From positions 1-64,000 of the IMG/VR virus record IMGVR_UViG_3300046373_000039: 64,000 bases of DNA. One strand, 5' to 3'. This document shows positions 24,962-34,716 of the stretch, piece after piece (the first letter of the stretch is position 1; each line of letters opens with the position of its first letter). This DNA comes from a virus. The translations under genes were made by a program, and so were the position numbers. Below the pieces are notes generated by a model. It searched no databases. It saw only the letters and a list, made by a program, of their open reading frames with translations, and was not told the origin of the DNA.

Positions 24962-25682
24962 CAGAAAAACGGCATTAGATTTAGGGTTAACCACTTATTT
25001 CACCGGTAAGGCTTGTTTGAAAGGACACATTACAGTGAGACGTGTGGGTTGTGGTAGTTGCATTGAGTGTCGTAGAATCAGAACTAAGAGGTGGCGAGAA
25101 GAGGGTAAACAGACAGAATTTGTTCCCGCAGGCAAGCCTTTACCATCCCAAGAGTTTTTAAGGGAATGTTTTGATTATATTTTTGAGACAGGTCAATTAA
25201 TTTGGAGGACTAGACCGAGGCATCATTTTGCAACTCAACGAGGTTGTAGTACAGCCAATTCTAGGTTTGCTAATAAAGTTGCTGGACACTATCACAGCAG
25301 GAATGGATACCTTGAAATTAGATTTGATAAAAATCTATATAAGGGACATAGGATTATCTATAAACTTTTGACTGGAGAAGATCCTGAAGGCATGCTTGAC
25401 CACATTGATGGTGATGTATCTAACAATAGAATAGAAAATCTTAGGGCTTGCACTGCACAAGAAAATGCCAGAAACTCAAATAAGAGGTCGCAGAAAGGTA
25501 AAGCAACGAGTGTATACAAAGGTGTTAATAAACATAGAAATCTTTGGAAAGTTACATTGACCATAAATGATAACGAGGTGAAGATAGTCAGAACTTTTAA
25601 AACTGAGATTGAAGCTGCGCTATGTTACGACGAGCTGGCTAAAGAGCATTATGGAGAATTTGCACAGTTGAATTTCCCATGA
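24948..25682 (+). CDS. HNH homing endonuclease with AP2 domain
   Basis: YFTGKACLKGH Zn motif; DHIDGDVSNNRIENLR; EAALCYDELAKEHYGEFAQLNFP. Confidence 0.85.
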   Translation: MELIDRKTALDLGLTTYFTGKACLKGHITVRRVGCGSCIECRRIRTKRWREEGKQTEFVPAGKPLPSQEFLRECFDYIFETGQLIWRTRPRHHFATQRGCSTANSRFANKVAGHYHSRNGYLEIRFDKNLYKGHRIIYKLLTGEDPEGMLDHIDGDVSNNRIENLRACTAQENARNSNKRSQKGKATSVYKGVNKHRNLWKVTLTINDNEVKIVRTFKTEIEAALCYDELAKEHYGEFAQLNFP

Positions 25683-26287
25683 CACTTCCAACCCAAGCTG
25701 ACATTGACAAACGTAAAGCTAATCTTGAGAAATTCCTAAAAGAAATTGATCCCATGACAGGGAAGTCACATGAGAAGAGTATGGTCAGTGTTGTACGTTC
25801 ATCTATTCGTAAAGCGTGGATGCGTTCACCTACAAAGCTAGCTTACTTGTATATGAAGACAGAGCCTGACATGGACCCTAACACTCGCACGAAGTGGAAA
25901 GTTATGTGCGAGTGTTGTGGGAACTACTTCAAGATCAATGAGGTTGAGTGTGACCATATTGAAGGACACAACACATTCACCAAAGTATCAGATTTTCAAA
26001 CTTACTTTGACAGTATCTTGATGGTTGGATTTGATGGCTTGCAAATTTTGTGTTCTGAGAACTGCCACCCCACAAAGACTTTGGCAGAAAAACTTGACAT
26101 ATCTTTCGAATCTGCTAAAATTGAACGTGAAGTAATTAAAATCTGTAAACTGAAAGCATCAGAAATTGATTCTTGGCTAAAAGAGCGTAGTGTTGTAGTA
26201 GCTAAGAATCCAAAAAGCAGACGTGATGCTGTTCGTAAAGTGCTAGAAGAGGAGATGAAAAATGAGTCAAGTTTATGTAGTAACTAA
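25679..26287 (+). CDS. HNH-type endonuclease (core phage gene)
   Basis: CECC...VECDHI...LQILCSENCHPTKT. Confidence 0.7.
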   Translation: MTLPTQADIDKRKANLEKFLKEIDPMTGKSHEKSMVSVVRSSIRKAWMRSPTKLAYLYMKTEPDMDPNTRTKWKVMCECCGNYFKINEVECDHIEGHNTFTKVSDFQTYFDSILMVGFDGLQILCSENCHPTKTLAEKLDISFESAKIEREVIKICKLKASEIDSWLKERSVVVAKNPKSRRDAVRKVLEEEMKNESSLCSN

Positions 26288-26717
26288 CCCAGAGCTTGGT
26301 TGGGATTGTGTCGTAGCTGTATTCAAGTGTGACGATGTTTCTAAAGAAAGTATTAAAAAGGTCTTTTCAGAAGATATCTATGTAATCCATTGTCCTCAAG
26401 AAGTTCATAAAGATACAGGAGAATTCCAATGAGCAAGCTAAGTAAAGAGACTATGTACACAGAACTGAGTATTCAAATTGGTTCATTGACTGCAAAGGTT
26501 GATAAGATTTTGGAACTACTTCTTGAAGATCAGAAACTTTACACTATCAACCAGACAGTAAATATTCTTGATGATGAGAAGTTTCGTGAGGAGTTCAAAT
26601 AATGATGCTTAAAGATCGATTCACTCTTTCGACCTATATTGAGATGTCAGTTCAATACTATACATTCTTCTATGTGTGGGCTTGCCAATTCCAACCTACA
26701 ATTCTTGGGTTTTAGCT

Positions 26718-26936
26718 ATGGGAGACGTCAGGGAGTTATTTCCTAAGAAGGTTGATAAGGTTACTGTTGAAGTAGATCCTCTTACATACTGGAAATTGCG
26801 TAATGAAGTGATTTCTGATGAATTTATTAAATACAATGCCTACGAGAAACAAGAGATTCTTGATACGGTGCTTCAGATGAACTTGGAGCTTTACGGATTA
26901 GTTATTAAATTGAAGGAGAGATTAAATGAAAACTGA
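26718..26936 (+). CDS. Hypothetical protein
   Basis: ORF from MGDVRELFP. Confidence 0.55.
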   Translation: MGDVRELFPKKVDKVTVEVDPLTYWKLRNEVISDEFIKYNAYEKQEILDTVLQMNLELYGLVIKLKERLNEN

Positions 26937-27108
26937 AATTTTAAATAATGGTGAACCTTTTCCTCTTAATTTTAATAAGATTGATGAAATTATTATTTGT
27001 CATGGTGCTGTTCAATGTTTTCGAAGTGGAAGCTGTTATGCCACATATTCATTGAGTATGTTTTAAGAAGACAGTACACAAACAATTTCTATTAAAGATG
27101 AGGAGTGA
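26926..27108 (+). pseudogene. Small gene with a probable premature TAA at 27064
   Basis: AAGGAG RBS; the frame continues 13 codons past TAA to a TGA overlapping the next RBS. Confidence 0.4.
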
Positions 27109-27141
27109 TTGGTTTGAAACATTTGATCATTGTTGGTAAAG

Positions 27142-27612
27142 ATGACAGCAACAACTGAACGAGTATGTAAAAATTGTGAAGTTATTTTTACTAGGGTAGT
27201 CAGAGCCGCACAGTTGTTTTGTTCGGCTGATTGTAGGAAGAAATATTGGAACAAACAGTGTTCAGACTCCAGCCACAAATGGCACAAAAACAATCCAGAA
27301 AGAGTGATGTTACGATCAGCTAAACATAGAGCTAAGAAACAAGGGGTGGCTTTTGATTTGGTCTTAGGGGATATCGTAATACCGGAATATTGTCCTGTGC
27401 TAGGCATCAAACTAGAATGTAATGCAGGTAATGGAGGAGCTAAACAGAACTCACCATCTCTGGATAGAATAGTCCCCGCTCTAGGTTATGTGAAAGGTAA
27501 TATTCAGGTTATGAGTCATTTAGCAAATGTAATGAAACACGATGCAAACCCTGAGCAACTTCTTAATTTCGCTGCTTGGGTTATTGAAACTTACCGAGGA
27601 GAAACAAATTGA
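27142..27612 (+). CDS. HNH-like homing endonuclease
   Basis: CKNC...FCSADC; SPSLDRIVPALGYVKGNIQV...ANVMK; same family as 17862-18449. Confidence 0.75.
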   Translation: MTATTERVCKNCEVIFTRVVRAAQLFCSADCRKKYWNKQCSDSSHKWHKNNPERVMLRSAKHRAKKQGVAFDLVLGDIVIPEYCPVLGIKLECNAGNGGAKQNSPSLDRIVPALGYVKGNIQVMSHLANVMKHDANPEQLLNFAAWVIETYRGETN

Positions 27613-28385
27613 GTTCACGTATTTTAGTAATTCCAGACGCACAAGTAAAAGACGGCGTAGACATCGAACACCTGAAGTGGTGTGGAGAATATCTTGTAGA
27701 AAAGAAGCCGGACACAGTTGTTTGTTTAGGCGATTTCTGGGATTTTGAGAGCCTTTCTTTCTACGACAAAGGGACTCTTTCTTTTGAAGGTCGCCGCCTT
27801 AAGAAAGATATTGATGTTGGTAAAGAAGCAATGGAATTGATGCTTAAGCCGCTTAAAGATCTACAAGAGCGTCAACGGGCGAATAAAAAGAAGGTTTATG
27901 AACCACGGCTTGTTTTCACTCTTGGTAATCACTGTGAACGATTGATGCGAGTTCCTAAAAGCTCTCCTGAGTTTGCTGGTTTTATTGGCTATGAATTGCT
28001 AGACTTAGAACGTCATGGTTGGGAAGTTTATGACTTCCTCCTTCCAGTCGAAATTGAAGGTATTTACTTTGTTCACTTCTTGGCTAACCCAATGACTGGT
28101 AAGCCTTATGGTGGTACAGCAACGAGCATGCTGAAGAACGTTGGTAAGAGCTTTGTTCAAGGTCATAAACAAACTTTAGATATTGCTGTACGACCTACGA
28201 TTGATGGTAAGATGCAGATTGGCATCATTGCCGGTGCGTTCTATCAACACGAAGAAGCCTACAAGGGTTATACCGGAAATAATCACTGGAGGGGTATGGT
28301 TATGCTAAATAATGCTAAGGATGGTTATGCTGATCCATGTTTTATTTCGATTGACTACCTTAAAAAGAAATACGGGAATAAATAA
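27609..28385 (+). CDS. Calcineurin-like metallophosphoesterase
   Basis: IPDAQ, LGDFWD, LGNHC, VH, QGHKQ. Confidence 0.85.
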   Translation: MSSRILVIPDAQVKDGVDIEHLKWCGEYLVEKKPDTVVCLGDFWDFESLSFYDKGTLSFEGRRLKKDIDVGKEAMELMLKPLKDLQERQRANKKKVYEPRLVFTLGNHCERLMRVPKSSPEFAGFIGYELLDLERHGWEVYDFLLPVEIEGIYFVHFLANPMTGKPYGGTATSMLKNVGKSFVQGHKQTLDIAVRPTIDGKMQIGIIAGAFYQHEEAYKGYTGNNHWRGMVMLNNAKDGYADPCFISIDYLKKKYGNK

Positions 28386-28386
28386 A

Positions 28387-28650
28387 ATGGAAAACTATGT
28401 ACTATATCACCCAAAAGACGCAGTTACCTTTACGCTAGCTCAGTCTGAAGACTACCTGCGACTACAGCATGAACTTGAAACCAAAGGATGTGAATACGAA
28501 GTCAAAGAGTGGGGCCGTACATTCGACCAAGTAAACTGTGAATATGTGCCAACAATCCGTGTATACGAAGATGAGCGGTTTGTAGACTATACTGCGAATT
28601 ACTTCAACACTTTTGATAAGATTAAAGCTGGACATTTCAAGGAGATTTAA
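28387..28650 (+). CDS. Hypothetical protein, weakly glutaredoxin-like but without CxxC
   Basis: LETKGCEYEV...VPTIRVY. Confidence 0.5.
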   Translation: MENYVLYHPKDAVTFTLAQSEDYLRLQHELETKGCEYEVKEWGRTFDQVNCEYVPTIRVYEDERFVDYTANYFNTFDKIKAGHFKEI

Positions 28651-28808
28651 AATAGAAAATTTCCGTTTGATAAACACTGTCAACGGTTTAAGTGATGAGG
28701 TTGACAGACTGACTAAAGAACTGTACACTCTTAGACAGCAACAAGAGAATATGCTCGACCAAATACAGAAATTGAAGAATATTGCTAAACAGAATGAGGA
28801 GAGGGTTG

Positions 28809-29237
28809 ATGGAAGAAGCTAAGAAGTTTCGTGTAAGAGATGATATTTTGGTAAGTTATTATCTAGAGCCTGTTTCAAATGATGATACTCATGTAGTTTG
28901 GTGGATTGAGGATGATGGTACAAGAGAGTCAACCAAGTATCGAGCAGACGCCATTGAGAAGCATTTTGCAGATGGTACATTCAAGTTTGTTGATGTAAAA
29001 CCACAGGATATTCAAGGAACTCACACTTCAGCCCTAGACAAACAAGTAAGTGGTAATCACTATAAAGATTGCGGTATTCAACCAATTGAATATATTCACG
29101 CAAATGGTTTGAACTACTTCGAAGGTAATGCTGTAAAGTACATCACACGTCATCGTAAAAAGAATGGTAAGGCTGATATTGAGAAGGCCATTCATTATCT
29201 TGAACTTTTACTTGAGATGGAGTATAAAGAACAATGA
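28809..29237 (+). CDS. DUF3310 / T7 gp1.7-like nucleotide kinase
   Basis: QVSGNHY...IQPIEYI...GNAVKYITRHRKKNGKADIEKAIHYL. Confidence 0.8.
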   Translation: MEEAKKFRVRDDILVSYYLEPVSNDDTHVVWWIEDDGTRESTKYRADAIEKHFADGTFKFVDVKPQDIQGTHTSALDKQVSGNHYKDCGIQPIEYIHANGLNYFEGNAVKYITRHRKKNGKADIEKAIHYLELLLEMEYKEQ

Positions 29238-29557
29238 TCTATTTAGCCTCCCCATACAGCTACAAAGCTGATGCAGAACTTATGCATCTTCGATATGAAC
29301 AAGCTCTTGCCAAGACAGCAGAGCTTACGCTACAAGGTTTGGCAGTATTTAGCCCAATCGTGTCTAGCCACCAACTGTCCCTAGCTCATGAAATGCCCAC
29401 AACTTGGGACTTCTGGAAAACTGTAGATTATAAATTTCTAGATGCCTCTAGTGAATTATATGTTCTTATGCTAGACTGCTGGGATAAGAGTGCAGGAGTT
29501 ACAGCAGAAATTCAATATGCAAAAGAGATTGGGTTGCCAATTACTTATATTGTTTAA
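29234..29557 (+). CDS. DUF1937 / nucleoside 2-deoxyribosyltransferase-like protein
   Basis: IYLASPYS...FSPIVSSH...WDKSAGVTAEIQYA. Confidence 0.75.
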   Translation: MIYLASPYSYKADAELMHLRYEQALAKTAELTLQGLAVFSPIVSSHQLSLAHEMPTTWDFWKTVDYKFLDASSELYVLMLDCWDKSAGVTAEIQYAKEIGLPITYIV

Positions 29558-29850
29558 GGAGAAAAGAATTGAAGTTTGACAAAAATGATCTATACTTGAT
29601 CAAGGATTACCTAGAGGGGTTGCTTGAAGAATATGTTCTAGATGATCCAGATACAATGAAACGTGCTATTGAAGTTATTGATAAACTGATTAAGGCTTGA
29701 ATATGACTAAGCCCACAATGAACTGGAAGATTGACGTAAGAACAAAAGAATATTATAATGAATTAGTTGCTACAGGGTTAGCTTGGGAACTTTATAAAGA
29801 TCTTCCACTGACTTGGGAAGAGTGTTTGGAAGAATTGGAGGAGAGTGAGG

Positions 29851-30720
29851 ATGACTAAACCAAGTGCCAAAGTAGTTGCAGACAGTTCTTTTTCAAACAG
29901 TCGTCTGATAACCCTAGAGATTGAGCTTCACCGTTTCGTACTTCCTGAGTTTAATACTCATCGAAGTATTAGTCGTAATTTCCAAAGTTCTCGTGCTGTC
30001 CCAGTTAAACAAATGATTGAACAAGTTCGTAGCAATCCTGCAATGCCTGTACATTGGGGGTTGAATGAAGCTGGGATGGTTGCGAGCCAAGAGCTAGGTT
30101 ATGGAGTGAAACAAGCTGTAGAGTTTCTGTGGGGCAAAGCAGCAATAGAAGCCGTAGATACTGCTGAAAGAATGGAAGCTCTTGGATCACATAAACAAGT
30201 TGTCAATCGAATTCTTGAGCCATTCATGTGGACTAAGGGAGTGGCTACAGCAACTTATAAAGACTGGCAAGCATTCTTAAAGCTTAGGTTACATAAAGAT
30301 GCACAACCCGAAATTAAAGCTTTAGCTGTACAGATTGACAAAGTTATTAAAGAGAGTAGTATTGCAGAGCTTGGAGACAGAGATTGGCACATGCCTTACT
30401 TTGGAGATGGTTATTGGCTAGAGGGTTGCGGTATCCCTCTTAAAGATGCCTTGATGATTTCTTCTAGTTGCTGTGGTCAGGTCAGCTACCGTAAACTAGA
30501 TGAAAGTTTAGACAAAGCTAAGAAGATTTATGGTATGCTTAATCTACCAGAGAATGGGAACTATAAAGAAGATCCTCCACACTTTAGCCCTACAGAACAC
30601 CAAGCTCGTGCGAGGAATGGAGATTTTGAGATGAGTGGTAATTTTCATTCAGAAGATTCTTGGCTGCAATACCGTAAGATTTTAGAAAGTGGTTATGAAT
30701 ACCAGATTGAGGAGAAATAA
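29851..30720 (+). CDS. thyX: Flavin-dependent thymidylate synthase
   Basis: EFNTHRSISRNFQSSRAVP; LRLHKDAQPEI; HFSPTEHQA. Confidence 0.85.
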   Translation: MTKPSAKVVADSSFSNSRLITLEIELHRFVLPEFNTHRSISRNFQSSRAVPVKQMIEQVRSNPAMPVHWGLNEAGMVASQELGYGVKQAVEFLWGKAAIEAVDTAERMEALGSHKQVVNRILEPFMWTKGVATATYKDWQAFLKLRLHKDAQPEIKALAVQIDKVIKESSIAELGDRDWHMPYFGDGYWLEGCGIPLKDALMISSSCCGQVSYRKLDESLDKAKKIYGMLNLPENGNYKEDPPHFSPTEHQARARNGDFEMSGNFHSEDSWLQYRKILESGYEYQIEEK

Positions 30721-30721
30721 A

Positions 30722-30913
30722 ATGATTATTGAACGTGATGACTACAACGTATCATCTTGGATTGCAGACTTGATCAACATCCTAAAGAAACGTGGCTTCC
30801 TCATGAAGAAAGAGGATGCTTGGCTAGTTGTACAAGAAAACATTGTAGAGTTTATTGAGTTGTATGAGGGTGGCAGTTCACCACAAGAAGCTTTTGAGGA
30901 GTACACAGAGTGA
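30722..30913 (+). CDS. Hypothetical protein
   Basis: GAGGAG RBS. Confidence 0.6.
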   Translation: MIIERDDYNVSSWIADLINILKKRGFLMKKEDAWLVVQENIVEFIELYEGGSSPQEAFEEYTE

Positions 30914-31278
30914 TTGGATACAGCCTAAGTTTGTCAGACATGCTTCTTGTGCAAGGCTTTAAAGAAGCCTTTGGTAATAACGATCAAGAACTAATTAAAC
31001 AATATCTTTACGATAACGGCTTAGACTCCTCACTAGGACTGGATGAGGTAGTTTGTGAACATCGTAATCTTCGTGGACAAGTTGTTAATTGTCTTCGATG
31101 GGAAGCCCACGAGAGGAATGATAGTGGTTGGATGTCTAGTGAGGGTTGTTCGTGGGAGAACAAGGTAGAACACTCAAGCTTGGACATGCGTATTCAACTA
31201 AAGACAATGGGTAAGATGCTTAATACAGGTGATTTTTGTGAGTATGCTCAGAAGCATGGGATTCAGTCAGATAATTAA
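30910..31278 (+). CDS. Hypothetical protein
   Basis: GAGGAG RBS, GTGA coupling. Confidence 0.7.
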   Translation: MIGYSLSLSDMLLVQGFKEAFGNNDQELIKQYLYDNGLDSSLGLDEVVCEHRNLRGQVVNCLRWEAHERNDSGWMSSEGCSWENKVEHSSLDMRIQLKTMGKMLNTGDFCEYAQKHGIQSDN

Positions 31279-31287
31279 TAAGGAGAT

Positions 31288-32274
31288 ATGATGCTAACGC
31301 GAATTCAAACGCCTAAGACAGAGTTTACAGTTGACTATCCAGAGGCTTGCGAATTTACTGACCAACAAGCTGCGGTCTTCTGGCCGCACTTTGAAGTAAA
31401 AGTGCATAAGGATAAGCAAGACATTCTGGTAAACATGACACCAGCAGAACGACATGGTACAATCACAACACTCAAACTGTTTACTAAGTACGAACAGATT
31501 ATCGGAGATGAGTTCTGGCTTGGTTTTGTCTTTAACAAATTTCCACGTGCTGCTGATATTCAACCTATGGCTGCTATGTTTGGTGCAATGGAATTGGCAG
31601 TACATGGTAAATTCTACAGTACATTGAACGAAGAGCTCGGTCTTGCTACAGATTCATTCTATAATGAGTATCTTGAGGATGAAGACCTTAAAGCTCGTGT
31701 AGAATTTTTGGAAGAAAGTATTGGTAATAAAGATGACTTGCGGGCTCTAGGTTCTTTTACCTTCGGGGAGGGGGCTATTCTCTACTCTAGTTTTGCTTTC
31801 CTAAAGCACTTTCAGAGTCAAGGTAAGAATAAGCTTCTGAACGTTGTGAGTGGTATTAATTTCTCTGCCCGCGATGAGAATCTTCACTCTGAAGCAGCAG
31901 CTTGGTTATTCCGTACACTACTTAAAGAAAAGAAAGATGCAGGTTTGATTGACAATGTATTTGAAGAAGAATTGAAGAAAGATATTTACCTTGCTGCTGA
32001 AACAGTAATGGAACATGAGAAAGCAATTATTGGTAAGATCTTTGAGAAGGGTCGTATTGAGGGGATTACAGATAAGCAACTTGAACACTTTGCTCAGAGC
32101 CGTATCAACCTATGTCTCCGTAATCTAGGTTATGAGAATCTGTACAAAGTTGAGTACAACCCAGTTGCGGATTGGTTTTACAAAGGTATTAATGGTTACA
32201 GTTCTATTGACTTTTTTAACAGCCAAGGCAACCAATACCAACGAGATTGGGATTCTGAAGGATTTAAATTTTAA
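31288..32274 (+). CDS. nrdB: Class I ribonucleotide reductase beta subunit
   Basis: ELAVHGKFY, EGAILYSSF, RDENLH di-metal motifs; DFF near C-terminus. Confidence 0.93.
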   Translation: MMLTRIQTPKTEFTVDYPEACEFTDQQAAVFWPHFEVKVHKDKQDILVNMTPAERHGTITTLKLFTKYEQIIGDEFWLGFVFNKFPRAADIQPMAAMFGAMELAVHGKFYSTLNEELGLATDSFYNEYLEDEDLKARVEFLEESIGNKDDLRALGSFTFGEGAILYSSFAFLKHFQSQGKNKLLNVVSGINFSARDENLHSEAAAWLFRTLLKEKKDAGLIDNVFEEELKKDIYLAAETVMEHEKAIIGKIFEKGRIEGITDKQLEHFAQSRINLCLRNLGYENLYKVEYNPVADWFYKGINGYSSIDFFNSQGNQYQRDWDSEGFKF

Positions 32275-32284
32275 GGGGAATTAA

Positions 32285-33979
32285 GTGACAAATAGTTATC
32301 GTGCATTAAGTGATGAACGTAAGAAGTTGCAAGAAGACGGTTTGATGCCTGCACATTGGTCTACAGGCTCTTGGCAGTTGTTTAAGAACAAATATCTGTA
32401 TCAAGCTGCAAACCCAAAGGAACAGTATCAACGTATCGCTGCAACTCTTGCTGTACATACACCTGATCCAGCTTTGTGGAAAGAGAAGTTCTTTGATATT
32501 ATGTGGAAAGGCTGGCTAAGTCCTTCGACTCCGATCCTAGCTAATACTGGGACTAATCGTGGTTTGCCCGTTAGTTGCGCTGGTAGTTATATCCCAGACA
32601 GTATCGATGGTATCTATAAAGCAAAGCATGAAACTGCAATGCTAACTAAGATGGGTTTCGGTACTGCTGGTTATCTAGGTGATATCCGTCCACGGGGTTC
32701 TGTTATCAGTGTAGGAGGCAAAAGTACGGGGGTTTTACAGGTCATTGAGGGCTTCCAAGATGATATGGAGTACGTAGCTCAAGGTACAGCAAGACGTGGT
32801 TCTTGGGCTGGTTATCTCCCAATGGATCACGGAGATTTTGATGAAGTTTGTACCTATCTTGAGCAACATCCAGACGGTAATAACATTGGTTGGAATATCT
32901 CAGATGAGTTTATTCAAAAGCTTGAAGATAAAGACCCTGAAGCTATTCGTCGATATGGTAAAGCCCTAAAGACTAAGATGGTCAGTGGTAAAGGATACTT
33001 CTTCTTTCCAGGAAAAGCGGAACGTAAACGCCCTCAGTGGTATGTAGATCAGAACCTTGATGTGAAGGCTGCACAGCTCTGTAATGAAATCATGCTTCAC
33101 TCAAGCAAAGACTACACTTATACTTGTGTTCTAGCTTCAATGAATGATGAATTGTTTGATGAATGGCAAGGAACGGATGCAGTCTTCACAGCTATTGTCT
33201 TTCTTGATGCCGTATGTCAGGAATTCATTGAAAGAGCTAAGAATATTCCGGGGCTTGAGAAAGCTGTTGCATTCACAAAGAACAGTCGTGCTCTAGGCTT
33301 GGGTCAATGCGGCCTACATTCTTACATGCAAAAGAAGATGGTTGCATTTGAAAGCTTTGAAGCTCATATGGTTAACAACAAGATTGCTAAGTACGTCCAA
33401 GAGGAAGCAATTAAAGCTTCTGAATGGTTGGCAAGTGTTTGGGGTGAACCAAAGTGGATGAAGGGTTACGGTCGTGCCAATACTCACTTGATTGCAATTG
33501 CACCAACAAAATCTACTGCGTTGATTATGGGTGGTGTTAGTGAGGGTATTAGTCCTGATACTGCTATGGTTTACACACAAAAAAGTGCTGGTGGTGAAGT
33601 TGACCGAGTTAACCCATATCTTCTGAAATTGATGAAAGAAAAAGGAGTGTTTAGTAAGAAAAATGTAGAAGATATTCGTGATAAGATGGGCAGTGTGCAG
33701 CATGTTGATTGGCTGACTGATGAAGAAAAGCTTGTATTCCGTACAGCCTTTGAAATCAATCAACACACAATCTTGCGGTTAGCTGCTGCTCGTGGTAAGT
33801 TCATGGATCAATGGCAATCGTTGAATTTGTTCTTCGCTGCTGGTGAAGATGAGTCCTACATCAATGACGTACACAAGGCTGCATTCCTAGACCCTAACAT
33901 TCTTGGTTTGTATTATGTGTATAGCATGGCAGGGGTACAAGCTTCAAGTGATAAAGATGAATGTTTAGCTTGCCAGTAA
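32285..33979 (+). CDS. nrdA: Class I ribonucleotide reductase alpha subunit (no ATP cone)
   Basis: SPSTPILAN, PVSC, QLCNEI, CVLAS, APTKS, LYY, C-terminal CLAC. Confidence 0.93.
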   Translation: MTNSYRALSDERKKLQEDGLMPAHWSTGSWQLFKNKYLYQAANPKEQYQRIAATLAVHTPDPALWKEKFFDIMWKGWLSPSTPILANTGTNRGLPVSCAGSYIPDSIDGIYKAKHETAMLTKMGFGTAGYLGDIRPRGSVISVGGKSTGVLQVIEGFQDDMEYVAQGTARRGSWAGYLPMDHGDFDEVCTYLEQHPDGNNIGWNISDEFIQKLEDKDPEAIRRYGKALKTKMVSGKGYFFFPGKAERKRPQWYVDQNLDVKAAQLCNEIMLHSSKDYTYTCVLASMNDELFDEWQGTDAVFTAIVFLDAVCQEFIERAKNIPGLEKAVAFTKNSRALGLGQCGLHSYMQKKMVAFESFEAHMVNNKIAKYVQEEAIKASEWLASVWGEPKWMKGYGRANTHLIAIAPTKSTALIMGGVSEGISPDTAMVYTQKSAGGEVDRVNPYLLKLMKEKGVFSKKNVEDIRDKMGSVQHVDWLTDEEKLVFRTAFEINQHTILRLAAARGKFMDQWQSLNLFFAAGEDESYINDVHKAAFLDPNILGLYYVYSMAGVQASSDKDECLACQ

Positions 33980-33987
33980 AGAAAAGC

Positions 33988-34015
33988 TTGACAATATAAT
34001 CTGATGTGCTATATT
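33988..34015 (+). promoter_or_regulatory. sigma70 promoter abutting a terminator
   Basis: TTGACA-N16-TATATT with TGC extension. Confidence 0.6.
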
Positions 34016-34051
34016 GGCCTTATGCTCTTCGGGGTGTAGGGCCTTTTCTTT
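34016..34051 (+). terminator. Intrinsic terminator after nrdA
   Basis: GGCCTTATGCTC-TTCG-GGGTGTAGGGCC-TTTTCTTT. Confidence 0.8.
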
Positions 34052-34064
34052 ATGGAGAATTAAA

Positions 34065-34706
34065 ATGTATCGCCAACGTTACCAGTACTGGAGTCACAGC
34101 CGTCTCTCCAAATACATCCGTACTAAATTTGGACTAGACAATCCCACAGCATTAACTTGGGAAGGTTGGGATGAACACCACAAAGAATCCTCTGACAAAT
34201 CCCCAATAATCAATTGGATCACTGACAAAGGATTTGACAAACTACAAAATATTGTAATGTTCGTCCCAGACCTTTGGTTCAATATTCGCACAGCAACAAT
34301 TTGGAAATTCTTCAATAATTTATGGCTATTCCATAAATGCCTTTGGAACTACCGTTCATGGGATTATTCAGGGATGGTAAATTTCATGGTTACGTCTGCT
34401 AAGGACATGTCAGAGGTTCAAGAGAAATATGGTCATCACGTTGGGCACTTGAAAACAGCTAAAGAACTAAAAGTGTTTGCTCATGTTCTTGAACGTGTAC
34501 GCGATGACAGTTACACTGAGGATAAGCTTACCTATACTAATCGTTCTAAAGGGTTCGGTATGGGTGTGTTCACTAACAAACCTAACACACTCCCGAGCTA
34601 TAGGACTCCTCAACAATTCTACAAATTAACTGGACAACAGCGTAAGGATGATCTATCATTGGTTTGTAAGTTAATGGAGCGCAAGCTTCTGTCTTGGTGG
34701 AATTGA
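34065..34706 (+). CDS. Phage hypothetical protein (Trp-rich); start MYRQRY
   Basis: GGAG RBS before ATG 34065. Confidence 0.75.
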   Translation: MYRQRYQYWSHSRLSKYIRTKFGLDNPTALTWEGWDEHHKESSDKSPIINWITDKGFDKLQNIVMFVPDLWFNIRTATIWKFFNNLWLFHKCLWNYRSWDYSGMVNFMVTSAKDMSEVQEKYGHHVGHLKTAKELKVFAHVLERVRDDSYTEDKLTYTNRSKGFGMGVFTNKPNTLPSYRTPQQFYKLTGQQRKDDLSLVCKLMERKLLSWWN

Positions 34707-34716
34707 GGAGAATAAC

